Positions 20,676-33,163 of a stretch of DNA of 64,000 nucleotides are shown here, one piece after another. Below the pieces are notes generated by a model that was given only the letters and a program-made list of their open reading frames with translations, was not told the origin of the DNA and did not search any database. Positions within the stretch are counted from its first letter, which is position 1, and each line of letters starts with the position of its first letter. The position numbers and the translations under genes were made by a program. The stretch comes from Rubripirellula sp. (lineage in GTDB: Bacteria; Planctomycetota; Planctomycetia; Pirellulales; Pirellulaceae): positions 5,280,001 through 5,344,000 of the forward strand of contig OZ244207.1 in NCBI GenBank assembly GCA_965216875.1, given 5' to 3'.

Positions 20676-23600
20676 CTACTTCGACAGTGCACTCACGAGA
20701 TCGCGAAGCGCTGACTGCTTCTGTTGGCCGTCATGAAAATCGAACGCGCGATAGTAGCGTAGATCGAGTCGCTTGTCCGCAACGTCTTTTGCGATGATCT
20801 GGCCGAGATATCCCGCCGCATTGGGCGTCCGAGCGCGCCAGATGATGTCTCGCCCCGCTGGCGAATCCCAGTCTTCACCCACGGTTTCGAGCCACGCGTC
20901 CAAACACTCGGACCAACGATGTTCGGCTGCGATACCGAGCGCCTCGAGGTACCATCGGTCTTGGCCGTCATGTGCCTGAGCAAGACTTGCCCATACCTTC
21001 GGCATCTCGGCCGACGTGTCATGTCGCAATGCGATCGCGGCCTCACGTCGAACCTGGGCTGATCCGTCACTGGCGAGCATCTTCGCTACCGGCAAGCCAT
21101 TACCGAACTGACTTGCCATGCGAACACCCACACAGCGAATGTCCACATCGTCATCGCTAACGGCGAGTGCCACGGCCGCCGACGCGTCCACTTTAGAAAG
21201 AACCCAAAGCAATCGAGCCTTGTATCGCTCGTTGGTGGCACGTCGAATCTTTTGCAAGAGAACAAGCTTGGCAGAGTCGCCCATGTTCGTCACCGCGCGT
21301 CGAGCCAGAAATCGGGTGGCGAGGTTGGGACTTTCCAACGCTGCGACCGCACCTTCGGGTGACGCCAGATCGAGTTCGCCAACGTCGTACCCGCGATGAG
21401 ATGTCGGAACAATTCGAAAGATTCGACCGCGCGACAGATCGCCCATCCGATGACCGCCCACGCCCGGATCATACCAGTCGGCAACAAATAGCGATCCATC
21501 GGGCCCCACGCAAACGTCCGACGGTCGAAACCATTTATCAGCTACCCCAACCAACAACGGTTCGATACTCGCCTCGTAGCCCGCACCCGACTTGGTGGAC
21601 GGATAGGCACGAACAACGTTTGGCCCTGCATCACAATGGACGACTTGATTGCGAAAACGCTCGGGAAGCAACGTTCCTTCGTAGACAGTGATTCCCGTTG
21701 GGGACCCAGCGCCGGTTTGCAGCAAATTGGGAACGACACCCGGATCATTCAAATGCCAATGACGACGCGAAACGTCCTCAATCGCTCCGGTCCGTGCGGC
21801 ACGCCATCCCGCGCCGTTGATCTCACTTTGGTACCCATAATTTCCATAAGGCATCACGTAATTGATTCGGACGGCACGGTTGCCATCGTCATCGTTATCT
21901 GACTGCCACATCGTCCCAAAGGAATCGACGCAAACTTCCCAGTTGTTGCGGAAGTTCCAACCAAGCGTTTCAACTTCGCTGCCGTCCAAGTTGCAGCGAA
22001 AGACCATACCTTGTCGGTAAGCCGCGGAACCTTCGGCGACAACGTTGCCAGCTTGATCGATGACGGGCTTTCCATCAGCGTCACAGAGCTGCTTGCCTTC
22101 GTTTCCAAAGTTGAAATAGAGCTTGCCGTCGGGCCCAGCGTTGAAGGCGTGGATCCCATGATCGTGCTGGACGCCACCAATCCCTGAAAAGAGCACACGT
22201 TTTTCATCGGCTTTCAAGTCTCCGTCTCTATCGGTAAAGACGAAAACGTTGCTTCCCGCAGAGACGATCACCTGGTCGCCTAGAACGCAAACGCCATGTG
22301 GCGAATCGATATCGCGTCCCTGATAGAAGACGGTTGATGTCTCGGCACGTCCGTCCCCATCACGGTCTTCGAGGACGAGGATCCGGTCTCCCTCTTCGCG
22401 AATCTTGTTGTACGGATTTCGAAAATTTCGGTAGTTGACTGCCTCACAAACCCAAACACGTCCCTTTGCATCGACGTCGATGCTCGTCGGGCTATGCATC
22501 ATCGGTTCGGCAGCGAACAACTGAACCTCGGTCCCCTCCGCGGCCTGCAGACCAGCGACGGCAGACTCAACCGATCGCTGATCGCCGACTTTGGCCGTCT
22601 CGTTCGCCGCAATCTGATGAAACGCGGTTTGATCGGGACTCTTTAGAAGTACCAAGTAGTCGATCAAATCCAACAACTGTTGCACGGACAGGTTTGAGTG
22701 CAAGTTCTCGGGCATCAATGAGATCGACTGCTTCGCCAACACATCGACATCGTCCGACGCGACATTCTTGTCGATTCCCTCGGCCGTGCGCAGGTGTACC
22801 TCGTCATCCGTCTTGCTGATCAACAACCCCGAGATGACGACACCGTCCAACGTAAGCAGCTGGTAGGTTTCGTAGTTGTGACTGATGCCTGCGCTCGGAT
22901 CGAGGATTGCGGTGTAGAGTGCTTCGCGCGAAAGCTTGCTGCCAATCTCTGAAAGGTCTGGTCCGACGTTCTTACCCTTGCCTTTGACTTGGTGGCAATT
23001 CGCGCAGGTTCCGACAGTATCAAAAACCTTCTTGCCAGCTTTGCCATCACCGCGCCGGCGGACAAGTTGGGAAATCGGAGGAAGCGGCTCGCTCTTGCCA
23101 GCCTGCGGGCGTTTGATGACCTGAGCTGCCTCGTCACGAATCTTTGCGTCCGCCGAACCGAGCAGCGCATTGGCTGCTGCAAATTGCACCTCCTCGGGCA
23201 GCTTTCCTTCGCGAGCAAGTGACAAGAGATAACGCTGTGAATCGAGCGAATGGCCAAGTGCCGCGGTTGCCGTTCGTTTGACCGACCGCGGTGCGGATGT
23301 CGACGTAACGAGCGGCTTCAACAGCTCGATCGATTGGCGATCGCGGACTCGACTCATCGCTTGCACAACCGCGAGGACGACCTTGGGATCATCCGCTTGA
23401 AGCAAGGCTCTGAGGCGTCCTGGCTGGGTTTTTAATAACCGGCGGGCGGCCGCCGTGCCCAGTGTGGATTCGGGATCGGCAAGCATCAATTGTTCCAACT
23501 GGTCGCCGCGATCGCGCACGTCAAAACGCTCGATCAGATCAACATACGCATCGGTTCCGACGATCGAATCGAGATATCGATCCATCGCCTCGGCCACAGC

Positions 23601-23822
23601 GGCATTCTCAGCCAGCTCAAAACCTGGAATTCGGGTGATCGCTTCGACGATCGCCTGGTCTGCCGGATCTGGCGTCGAAGGCTCGTTGGCAGTAACAAAC
23701 CGACTACCCATCGTGAAGCAAGAGAAAGCGGTTGCAGCGCAGAAGGCCAACCGGCACGCGCGGCGTAGGAAGTGGACCATCGAGTCCCTTTCAATCTTGG
23801 TGGTGGAGGTAAGATCCGACAC
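20676..23822 (-). CDS. PVC-type heme-binding (CxxCH) protein with a membrane-bound-dehydrogenase-like beta-propeller and HEAT repeats
   Basis: CANCH at 22992-23006, GPDLS and SLMPE; propeller motifs LFAAEPM, GRVWVCEAVNY, NFRNNWE and WFRPSDVCVGPDGSLFVADWYDPGVGGH. An alternative ATG lies at 23780. Confidence 0.9.
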   Translation of the reverse strand: MSDLTSTTKIERDSMVHFLRRACRLAFCAATAFSCFTMGSRFVTANEPSTPDPADQAIVEAITRIPGFELAENAAVAEAMDRYLDSIVGTDAYVDLIERFDVRDRGDQLEQLMLADPESTLGTAAARRLLKTQPGRLRALLQADDPKVVLAVVQAMSRVRDRQSIELLKPLVTSTSAPRSVKRTATAALGHSLDSQRYLLSLAREGKLPEEVQFAAANALLGSADAKIRDEAAQVIKRPQAGKSEPLPPISQLVRRRGDGKAGKKVFDTVGTCANCHQVKGKGKNVGPDLSEIGSKLSREALYTAILDPSAGISHNYETYQLLTLDGVVISGLLISKTDDEVHLRTAEGIDKNVASDDVDVLAKQSISLMPENLHSNLSVQQLLDLIDYLVLLKSPDQTAFHQIAANETAKVGDQRSVESAVAGLQAAEGTEVQLFAAEPMMHSPTSIDVDAKGRVWVCEAVNYRNFRNPYNKIREEGDRILVLEDRDGDGRAETSTVFYQGRDIDSPHGVCVLGDQVIVSAGSNVFVFTDRDGDLKADEKRVLFSGIGGVQHDHGIHAFNAGPDGKLYFNFGNEGKQLCDADGKPVIDQAGNVVAEGSAAYRQGMVFRCNLDGSEVETLGWNFRNNWEVCVDSFGTMWQSDNDDDGNRAVRINYVMPYGNYGYQSEINGAGWRAARTGAIEDVSRRHWHLNDPGVVPNLLQTGAGSPTGITVYEGTLLPERFRNQVVHCDAGPNVVRAYPSTKSGAGYEASIEPLLVGVADKWFRPSDVCVGPDGSLFVADWYDPGVGGHRMGDLSRGRIFRIVPTSHRGYDVGELDLASPEGAVAALESPNLATRFLARRAVTNMGDSAKLVLLQKIRRATNERYKARLLWVLSKVDASAAVALAVSDDDVDIRCVGVRMASQFGNGLPVAKMLASDGSAQVRREAAIALRHDTSAEMPKVWASLAQAHDGQDRWYLEALGIAAEHRWSECLDAWLETVGEDWDSPAGRDIIWRARTPNAAGYLGQIIAKDVADKRLDLRYYRAFDFHDGQQKQSALRDLVSALSK

Positions 23823-23864
23823 ATCGCCGCAAACGTGTCGCCCACCATCTTATACAGGCCGCCA

Positions 23865-23915
23865 CACTTTCCTAGTGACGGGCACTTTCCTAGTGACGGG
23901 CACTTTCCGAGTGAC
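23865..23915. repeat. 18-bp tandem repeat (about 2.8 copies)
   Basis: cactttcctagtgacggg twice, then cactttccgagtgac. Confidence 0.9.
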
Positions 23916-24104
23916 CTTGTCGGCTGGCCGCCGCGCTCACCAGAGCGTGGATCCGAACCGCAGTTTGCAGTCACAAGCTCTGGCGGAATCTTCAAGCCCT
24001 TCCAACGAAAGCCGGGCCGGCAAACGGGAACCCGCCCCCTGTATCGGGTAGGATGTTTGTTCTCATACCCGAACGATCTCCCCACCTCGCGACCGTGACA
24101 TCCA

Positions 24105-25904
<1,800 letters not shown>

Positions 25905-25914
25905 TCATCGCCCC

Positions 25915-25978
25915 GTTTGTAGTACCGAGCTTTAGCCGGAATCTTCAGTCTTTCCCGCCAAAAGGCTGTCCTACAAAC
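25915..25978. repeat. REPIN-like inverted pair (GTTTGTAGT family)
   Basis: gtttgtagtaccgagctttagccggaat ... ccgccaaaaggctgtcctacaaac; related copies at about 23963, 40683 and 60194. Confidence 0.75.
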
Positions 25979-25988
25979 GTGATTGCAA

Positions 25989-26399
25989 CTAGCGGCTCGC
26001 GAAACGATTCGAGTCAGTCGTCTCCGCCACAGGGACTTTTTCCTCTGCCGAATGCAGTCCGTTCACGTCCAATTCTTCGGGCAGTGAGCGCGGCACAAAC
26101 GGCTCGAATAGATCTCGCGCTGCGACCCACAGGAGTTTTCCGGCTGCGATCACCACGGCAATCAAGAGCGCAACCAGAAAGGCGTCGACCAACCCGAATC
26201 GTGCCGTTTTCACGATCGCGAAGTAGACCGCCGCGATTCCGACGAAACCGCACAGCCGCGCGATGCTGAATCGCCTAAGCCGCTTGATCAATCGAGGCTC
26301 GAAGATCACCTTCAAATCGCCAGCCGTGTCACGGACCGATACGAAAAGGTAAATCGCCGCGAACGCCGCTAGGATGACTGCTAAGACGAGCCTCGCCAA
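25989..26399 (-). CDS. Hypothetical small membrane protein
   Basis: 136-aa ORF with three hydrophobic segments. It fills the gap downstream of xylA and has GGAG upstream. Confidence 0.6.
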   Translation of the reverse strand: MARLVLAVILAAFAAIYLFVSVRDTAGDLKVIFEPRLIKRLRRFSIARLCGFVGIAAVYFAIVKTARFGLVDAFLVALLIAVVIAAGKLLWVAARDLFEPFVPRSLPEELDVNGLHSAEEKVPVAETTDSNRFASR

Positions 26400-26464
26400 T
26401 GGATGTCTCCTCGATCGTGAATGCCTTCTCTCAAGGTCGAAAACTCAACCTCATGAGGGCGCAC

Positions 26465-26498
26465 AAAAAACGACCGAACGCATCGCGGCGTCCGGTCG
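26465..26498 (-). terminator. Intrinsic terminator after xylA
   Basis: Minus strand reads cgaccggacgc-loop-gcgttcggtcg followed by T6. Confidence 0.75.
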
Positions 26499-26521
26499 AA
26501 GTGTAACGCTTCACGGGCGAA

Positions 26522-27841
26522 CTAGACGCGGTCGATGTATTTGTTGACCACGCTCTCGAGCAATTCTTGGCGGCCGCTTTTGTTTGCGTCGACTTCGCCT
26601 TTTTCAAGCATGTAGGCTTCGAGTTCTTTGAAGCCCACTTCGCCCGCTTCGATCTTGGCACCGATGCCACTATCAAAACTGCTGTATCGCTCGGAAACAA
26701 AGCCTTCGAGCGCGTTGTCAGCACGAATCGCGGCGGCAATTTTCAAGCCTTTGGCAAACGCGTCGATGCTGCCGATGTGAGCGTGGAACAAATCGATTGG
26801 CTCGAATGACTCACGACGAACCTTGGCGTCGAAGTTGACCCCACCGCTGCCGAGACCACCGTGCTTGAGGATGTAATACATCATCTGGGTTGTCAGGTAG
26901 TAGTCGGTTCCGAACTGGTCAGTGTCCCAACCCAACAGCATGTCACCAGTATTTGCGTCGATGCTGCCAAGTGCACCCTGTGAGCCTGCGTAGTCAAGCT
27001 CGTGCATCATGGTGTGACCGGCCAAAGTGGCGTGGTTCGTTTCGAGGTTCAACTTGAAGTGATCGGTCAAGTCGTAAGCACGCAAGAAGTTCAAGCACGC
27101 CGCAGCGTCGCTGTCGTATTGGTGCTTGGTTGGCTCCTTTGGCTTTGGCTCGATCAGGAACTGACCGGTGAATCCGATCTCTTTGGCATAGTCGACCGCC
27201 ATGTGAAAGAACTTGGCCAAGTGGTCGAGTTCTCGTTTCATGTCAGTGTTGTAAAGGTTTTGGTAACCTTCGCGGCCACCCCAAAAGACGTAGTTCTCGC
27301 CACCAAGTCGCTTGGTGACTTCCATGGCTTTCTTAACTTGAGCGGCTGAGTAAGCGAACACGTCCGCATTGCAACTTGTTGCTGCACCGTGCATGAAGCG
27401 AGGGTTGCTGAACATGTTGGCGGTACCCCAAAGCAGCTTCACGCCACTTCGGTTTTGCTCTTCTTCCAACACGTCGGCAACCGCGTCAAAGTTGCTGTGT
27501 GACTCGGCCAGCGTTGCACCCTCGGGAGCGACGTCGCGATCGTGAAACGCATAGTAGGGAGCTTGCAGTTTTTCGAAGAGTTCGAATGCGGCACGCGCGC
27601 GGTTCTGAGCATTTTCTACCGACTCGGTGCCATCGTCCCATGGGCGGACCATTGTGCCCGCACCAAAAGGGTCCGCTCCGGTGCCACGGAATGTGTGCCA
27701 GTAGACGATCGAAAAGCGGAAGTGATCCTTCATCGACTTGCCTTCGATCATTTCGTCGGGGTTGTACCAACGAAAAGCAAGGGGGTTGTCGCTGCTGGGG
27801 CCTTCGTACTTGATGACAGGAACGTCAGGGAATGCACTCAT
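26522..27841 (-). CDS. xylA: Xylose isomerase (class II), 439 aa
   Basis: Motifs [39 protein letters not shown] and NFDAK. Start MSAFPDVP at 27841; the track's 5' extension runs through REP DNA. Confidence 0.97.
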   Translation of the reverse strand: MSAFPDVPVIKYEGPSSDNPLAFRWYNPDEMIEGKSMKDHFRFSIVYWHTFRGTGADPFGAGTMVRPWDDGTESVENAQNRARAAFELFEKLQAPYYAFHDRDVAPEGATLAESHSNFDAVADVLEEEQNRSGVKLLWGTANMFSNPRFMHGAATSCNADVFAYSAAQVKKAMEVTKRLGGENYVFWGGREGYQNLYNTDMKRELDHLAKFFHMAVDYAKEIGFTGQFLIEPKPKEPTKHQYDSDAAACLNFLRAYDLTDHFKLNLETNHATLAGHTMMHELDYAGSQGALGSIDANTGDMLLGWDTDQFGTDYYLTTQMMYYILKHGGLGSGGVNFDAKVRRESFEPIDLFHAHIGSIDAFAKGLKIAAAIRADNALEGFVSERYSSFDSGIGAKIEAGEVGFKELEAYMLEKGEVDANKSGRQELLESVVNKYIDRV

Positions 27842-28045
27842 CGTGGGCGCGTCCAATCTCTCTATATCTATTGGTTCGGTCAGTGGAATGTGCCCGTAGT
27901 ATCCGGCGGATTCAAAACATCGACAAGCGGTCGTCAATTGAGAATGAGCCGCAAAACTTTGAGATCTGTCACCACAAATTGGGGCATTTCCCTCGTTACG
28001 CCGCTCCGGCCGCGTACGCGATCGTGGCCCACAGGAGCGCGCATC

Positions 28046-28159
28046 CGTAGCTACCTTCGCCAGAAGGTGGGATGTGCTGAGAAAGGCGATCGACCACACC
28101 ACGCTCGGACCGAGCGTAACGACGTTGGGTGCAAGGCTAGCGCGTTCGGCTCACAGGTG
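28046..28159. repeat. REPIN-like GTAGCTAC pair plus a GTGAGCCG-family copy
   Basis: cgtagctaccttcgccagaaggtgg at 28046-28070, ccacgctcggaccgagcgtaacgacg at 28099-28124, and gctagcgcgttcggctcacaggtg at 28136-28159. Confidence 0.75.
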
Positions 28160-28247
28160 GGCAACACGGCGCCAAACCCTGAGGCCACTCAACTATGATG
28201 ATTCTCCTCTCCCTCCAAACTGCCCCACCGACCGAGACCCACTCCTC

Positions 28248-29678
28248 ATGCTGCGTTCCGCTCTCTTTGCGTTTCTCGCCCTGTTGTCAGCACCTGCCTT
28301 GTCGGTAGCCAATCCGACATCGCATCCGCAAGACACTCGTCCCAACTTTGTCGTCATCTTTTGCGACGATCTGGGCTGGGGCGATCTCTCCTGTTACGGG
28401 CATCCGACCATCGCAACTCCGCACTTGGACGCGATGGCCGCCGAGGGAATGAAGATGACCCAATTCTATGTGGCTTCAAGCGTCTGCACGCCAAGCCGCG
28501 CGGCGTTGTTGACGGGACGCTATCCCGCTCGAACGGGCATGTGCGGCAGGCGTCGCGTCCTGTTTCCCGACTCGGTGGGTGGGATTCAAAAGAGCGAACT
28601 CACGATCGCGGAAATGCTCCAATCCAATGGCTACCGCACGGGAATGGTCGGCAAATGGCACCTCGGCCACCTGCCCGAGTTTTTGCCCACCGAACATGGA
28701 TTCGACAGTTACTACGGAATCCCCTACAGCAACGACATGGACAACGTTGCGCCGAAATCAAAACGTGGCCGAGCCGTTTTCATCGACCCTGACTTTCGAC
28801 ATTTCAATGTTCCGCTTCTGAAAGGCATCCGTGGCAAAGAGGTCCAACAAATTGAACGTCCGACCGACCAGCGCACGATCACTCGCCGATATGCCAACGA
28901 AGCGGTCGACTTCATCCGTGACGCGGCCGATTCGAAACAACCCTTCTTCCTTTACTTGGCTCACTCGTTGCCTCACGTTCCGCTGTTTCGCCACGAGGAC
29001 TTTGCTGGTCATTCGCGCGCAGGCCTCTATGGCGATGTGATCGAAGAGATCGATTGGAGTGTTGGACAAATTCTTGATGAATTACGTGATCGAAACCTGG
29101 CTGAAAACACTCTTGTCGTTTTCACGAGTGACAATGGACCTTGGTTGACGTTCGGCGACCAAGGCGGTTCGGCCGGCCCTCTCCGCAATGGCAAAGGAAC
29201 AACCTTCGAAGGCGGCATGCGCGTGCCGGGAATCTTTTGGATGCCAGGTACTGTTCCGACCGGCGCAACGAACACCGAACTCGCCAGCACACTTGATTTG
29301 TTGCCCACGTTCGCGGCGATGAGCAGCACAAACCTTCCCAGTGACTTGGTGCTCGATGGTTTCGATTTGTCAGCGATGTTGTCCGGAAATGCGCCAAGCC
29401 CGCGCAAGTCAATGTTCTTCTATCGCGACTACAGACTAATGGCGATCCGGCACGGACGTTTCAAGGCGCACTACATCACGCAAGACAGTTACGTCCCGGG
29501 GGCAAACAAAGCGACCAATCACCAGCCGCCTCTTCTGTACGACTTGGAGATTGATCTTGGTGAAAAACGAAACCTGGCCAAGACCAAACTCGACGTGCTT
29601 GCCGACATCGAACGGGTCCGCACCGAGCATCAATCGCAGATGAAGTTTGCAGACAGTCAACTCGACCGCAAACCGTAA
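28248..29678 (+). CDS. Exported Cys-type (formylglycine-dependent) sulfatase, arylsulfatase A-like
   Basis: Signal peptide MLRSALFAFLALLSAPALS; motifs PNFVVIFCDDLG, CTPSRAALLTGR, GKWHLG and TSDNG. Confidence 0.95.
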   Translation: MLRSALFAFLALLSAPALSVANPTSHPQDTRPNFVVIFCDDLGWGDLSCYGHPTIATPHLDAMAAEGMKMTQFYVASSVCTPSRAALLTGRYPARTGMCGRRRVLFPDSVGGIQKSELTIAEMLQSNGYRTGMVGKWHLGHLPEFLPTEHGFDSYYGIPYSNDMDNVAPKSKRGRAVFIDPDFRHFNVPLLKGIRGKEVQQIERPTDQRTITRRYANEAVDFIRDAADSKQPFFLYLAHSLPHVPLFRHEDFAGHSRAGLYGDVIEEIDWSVGQILDELRDRNLAENTLVVFTSDNGPWLTFGDQGGSAGPLRNGKGTTFEGGMRVPGIFWMPGTVPTGATNTELASTLDLLPTFAAMSSTNLPSDLVLDGFDLSAMLSGNAPSPRKSMFFYRDYRLMAIRHGRFKAHYITQDSYVPGANKATNHQPPLLYDLEIDLGEKRNLAKTKLDVLADIERVRTEHQSQMKFADSQLDRKP

Positions 29679-29713
29679 GTTGATTCGAGAAAGAGTCCTG
29701 AAGCCAGTTTCGG

Positions 29714-30562
29714 CTAAGACTCTTTTGACGAGGTGAATTTCAGCAGCAACCAATCGCCAAGCTTGGGAACTGCGTGGCCCAGCGCGATCAGCAATCGCAT
29801 ATGTCGAGGCAAGACCAGGTCGGGCAGCCGTCGTGTGGCGGCGCGATACACGGCATCGGCCACGACCTGCGGATCGAGCCCTTTGATGGTCGTTCCACCG
29901 CCTGGTTGTGACGCCTGTGCTGGAAGCGATTCGTCCATCTGCTTCTGGTAGCGATTACCCGCGTCATCGCGACGAATCGGACCTGGGCTAACCAGGCCGA
30001 CGTGAACGCCTTTGGGTTTCAATTCCAATCGCATCTGCTGACTCAAACCAGCAATCGCGTGCTTGGCTGCTGCGTATCCGCCGATGTAGCGTGCCCCAAC
30101 CTTGGAAGCGAGCGATCCAATGTTGATGATCGCGCCGCGGCTCTTTTCCAAAAGTGGAAGTGCAGCCTGGGAACAGAGCAGGGCAGTGGTGACGTTTTGC
30201 GTAAACAACTCTTGCAGCCGCTCGGGCGACAGCGTCTCGCCAAGACCGCGATCACTCATGCCCACGCAATTGACCAGAACATCGATACGCCCCCACTCGT
30301 CGTGAATCTGCTCGAACAGACGCACGACCTCGGCATTGATCGCCAAGTCACCGACGACGGCAAGAACGTCGCGGTCGCTTCGACCTTCGACCAGATGATC
30401 CCTGGCTTCGGATAGCCGAACGGAATCGCGACCGGTCACCACCACACGATACGAGTTCCGCAAAAAGGTCTCAGCGATGACCAGTCCCAATCCAGCTGAG
30501 CTACCGGTCACCACGGCGACTGGCTGCGGCGACGAGGCTGGGGGGGCAGAATCCGATTGCAT
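29714..30562 (-). CDS. Short-chain dehydrogenase/reductase
   Basis: Motifs VVTGSSAGLG, NIGS and YAAAK. Confidence 0.9.
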   Translation of the reverse strand: MQSDSAPPASSPQPVAVVTGSSAGLGLVIAETFLRNSYRVVVTGRDSVRLSEARDHLVEGRSDRDVLAVVGDLAINAEVVRLFEQIHDEWGRIDVLVNCVGMSDRGLGETLSPERLQELFTQNVTTALLCSQAALPLLEKSRGAIINIGSLASKVGARYIGGYAAAKHAIAGLSQQMRLELKPKGVHVGLVSPGPIRRDDAGNRYQKQMDESLPAQASQPGGGTTIKGLDPQVVADAVYRAATRRLPDLVLPRHMRLLIALGHAVPKLGDWLLLKFTSSKES

Positions 30563-30783
30563 TCGTATCGTGAGAATTGAAATGGACGCGAGGGGAGAAA
30601 TCCGAACAATGAAAGTTTAGCGAGATCTCCTATTGGCAACCAACAGGCCTCGCATCTGACAACGAACTTCGTACATTCAGCGTAGGAATCGACACTTTCC
30701 ATTGGCGGCAGACAGTGCGCGGCACCTAGGGCTCTTAATGCCCCCTTATCACCAAAGCCCCCTCATTGGTTGACAAGTCACGT

Positions 30784-32217
30784 ATGCCAAGACCTTCATT
30801 ACTAGAAGCATGTACAAAAATCGTTGCTACCGTCGGACCGGCGTGTAGCTCACCCGAGCAACTGGCGGAGCTCATCCTGGCCGGTGCCGATATCTTCCGC
30901 ATCAACACGGCCCATGGCACTCGCGACGAGCACGAGGTAACACTCGCCAACATTCGCCAAGCATCCAAGGCGACAGGCTTCCCGGTGGGCGTCCTTCTCG
31001 ATTTGGCCGGCCCCAAGATTCGTCTTGGTCAACTGGTCGACGACGAACTGCACTGCAACATCGGCATGAAGGTCCGGTTCATCCGGGGCGATGAATCGAA
31101 CGATCCATGCGACCTGACAAGTTCCTATTCGAAATTGGTTGACGAACTTAGCGTTGAAGATCGCGTCCTGTTAGCCGACGGTGCGGTCACTTTGAAAGTC
31201 ACCGCTGTCTCCGACGACTGTGCCGAGTGCGAAGTGGTTGCAAAGGGACGCATCAAGAGTCGCCAGGGAATCAACCTTCCCGACGTGCAACTATCGGTCT
31301 CGTCGATGTTGCCTCGCGACGTTGACAACGCAATTTGGGCCGCGAACAACGATGTTGATTTCATCAGTTTGTCGTTCGTTCGCTCGGCCGAAGATGTCCA
31401 GGCACTCAAGAAGCTGCTCGTCAGCTACGAATCGGATGCTCTGGTAATCGCCAAGATCGAAAAGCCAGAAGCGATCCGCAATCTTGAGTCCATCGTTGAT
31501 GCGACCGACGGCGTGATGGTCGCGCGCGGTGACCTTGGCGTCGAAATCGATGTTGCCGAAACCGCTGTCGCACAGAAGCGAATCATTCGCGTTTGCAAAG
31601 AAAAAATGAAGCCGGTGATCGTGGCGACCCAGATGCTCGAATCGATGCATCAGAGTGTTCGTCCGACCCGAGCGGAAGTCAGTGACGTCTCCAATGCAAT
31701 CTTGGATGGAACAGACGCCTGCATGTTGAGCGGCGAAACCGCGGTGGGCGAGCATCCGGCCAAGGCTGTCGAAACCATGAACCGCATCATGCGGATCACC
31801 GAACGCGAAATGCTCGAGCATCGTCGCGAAGACATTCGGCGATCGAGCCGCGTCCACCCGATCACGAGTGCCGTCACCATCGCCGGTACAAATATCGCAG
31901 AATCGATCGGTGCAAAACTGATCGTGATCATGACGCGAAGCGGCAACACCGCCTGGATCAAAAGCTCGACACGCAGCCTGATCCCAACGGTCGGCGTCAG
32001 TGACTCCGATTCAACGCTTCGCCGGATGAACCTGTTGTGGGGGATCAAGCCGATCACATCAACGCAGTTTTCCGACCCCGAAAACCTGATCGACGAAGTC
32101 GACCAATGGGGCCGCAAGCATGCCGAGCTCGTCTCGGGCGATCATGTCGTCTTCGTGACCGGAACGGGCGTCGTCAAGAAAGCCCACAACCAACTGCTCA
32201 TCCACACCGTCGAGTAG
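30784..32217 (+). CDS. pyk: Pyruvate kinase
   Basis: Motifs TKIVATVGP, DLAGPKIR, IAKIEK, MVARGDLGVE, ATQMLESM and MLSGETA. Confidence 0.97.
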   Translation: MPRPSLLEACTKIVATVGPACSSPEQLAELILAGADIFRINTAHGTRDEHEVTLANIRQASKATGFPVGVLLDLAGPKIRLGQLVDDELHCNIGMKVRFIRGDESNDPCDLTSSYSKLVDELSVEDRVLLADGAVTLKVTAVSDDCAECEVVAKGRIKSRQGINLPDVQLSVSSMLPRDVDNAIWAANNDVDFISLSFVRSAEDVQALKKLLVSYESDALVIAKIEKPEAIRNLESIVDATDGVMVARGDLGVEIDVAETAVAQKRIIRVCKEKMKPVIVATQMLESMHQSVRPTRAEVSDVSNAILDGTDACMLSGETAVGEHPAKAVETMNRIMRITEREMLEHRREDIRRSSRVHPITSAVTIAGTNIAESIGAKLIVIMTRSGNTAWIKSSTRSLIPTVGVSDSDSTLRRMNLLWGIKPITSTQFSDPENLIDEVDQWGRKHAELVSGDHVVFVTGTGVVKKAHNQLLIHTVE

Positions 32218-32306
32218 CGTTGGGCACACAGTCGAGTAGCCCACAGTTGACTGGGCACAGGGTCGAGTAACGACAGACGCGTCCAGGAGCGGCGACGCGT
32301 CTCCGA

Positions 32307-32678
32307 TCAGGTTTCGATTTGCAGAGTCACTTCGCCACTCAAGCGTGCCGGCGAGTCGGTGCCTCCCGCGAGTGTGATGGCAAGCACATTGTGAAGCTCG
32401 AGATGTGGGGTGATCTCAGCGCGCAGTGGGCGTTTGTCATCATGCTCAATCACGTTGTCGTTGATCGCAATCTGCTCAAGCTTCCCTTCCCAATCGGAGA
32501 TGGTGATCGAGACTCGATCTTGCCCGGTGAGTCCCGTCGGTCGGTTGAAGTTGCGTTTGTAGGTCGCACTCTCGCCGAGACCGTCACCGTGCTGAGTCTC
32601 GGGAACGGTCACGCGAGTCGCTGTCGAATCCGAACCTTCGACTTTTTGCCACGGGCCTCGTAGTCGAATCGTATGCAT
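32307..32678 (-). CDS. Hypothetical protein resembling a stand-alone GH2 N-terminal (jelly-roll) domain
   Basis: Segments IRLRGPW, YKRNFNRPTGL and AEITPHLELHNVLAI; upstream GGAGG RBS. Confidence 0.6.
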   Translation of the reverse strand: MHTIRLRGPWQKVEGSDSTATRVTVPETQHGDGLGESATYKRNFNRPTGLTGQDRVSITISDWEGKLEQIAINDNVIEHDDKRPLRAEITPHLELHNVLAITLAGGTDSPARLSGEVTLQIET

Positions 32679-32848
32679 CTGTTCTCGGCCTCCTCACGCC
32701 TGATCACCTGCCGTTGGTGCTACAACAAGGAAGGCTAGACAAAAAGATGGGAGGACAAAAGAGAAGGTCGATCAGAGCTCAGCGTTCTCGCAAAGCATCG
32801 AAGAAAGCCGCGACCACTCTCGAGCGGTCGCGGCGGTACCGATTGGCC

Positions 32849-32998
32849 TTAGGCTGTATCGCTCTCCTGCTGAACGGCATCCTTGAATTCGCGGATACTC
32901 TCGCCGAGTGACCTGGCCCGTTTGGGCAAACAGGACCCGAACAGCAACAGGGCAACCAATCCAACGACCATCATTTCCATCGGACCAAAACCAAACAT
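32849..32998 (-). CDS. tatA: TatA/TatE-family twin-arginine translocase subunit (49 aa)
   Basis: MFGFGPMEMMVVGLVALLLFG-xxLP-xxARSLGESIREFK: TM helix, FG hinge and amphipathic helix. Confidence 0.75.
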   Translation of the reverse strand: MFGFGPMEMMVVGLVALLLFGSCLPKRARSLGESIREFKDAVQQESDTA

Positions 32999-33163
32999 CT
33001 CTCGCTCCATTTGGGAGAAGTGGAAAAACCACAATTGGCGAGAGCATCGCGGTCACCAAGCGTCGGCACCGGCTGAACCAATTGAATGAACATTCAATGG
33101 TCCCAACCTAACGGCTCCTGTAGGCTGAAGCAATGGAAACTGCGACGAGAGGAAGCCACCACG

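Noticed and set aside
23865..23915. CRISPR-like repeats
   Set aside because: The units are 18 bp and contiguous, with no spacers
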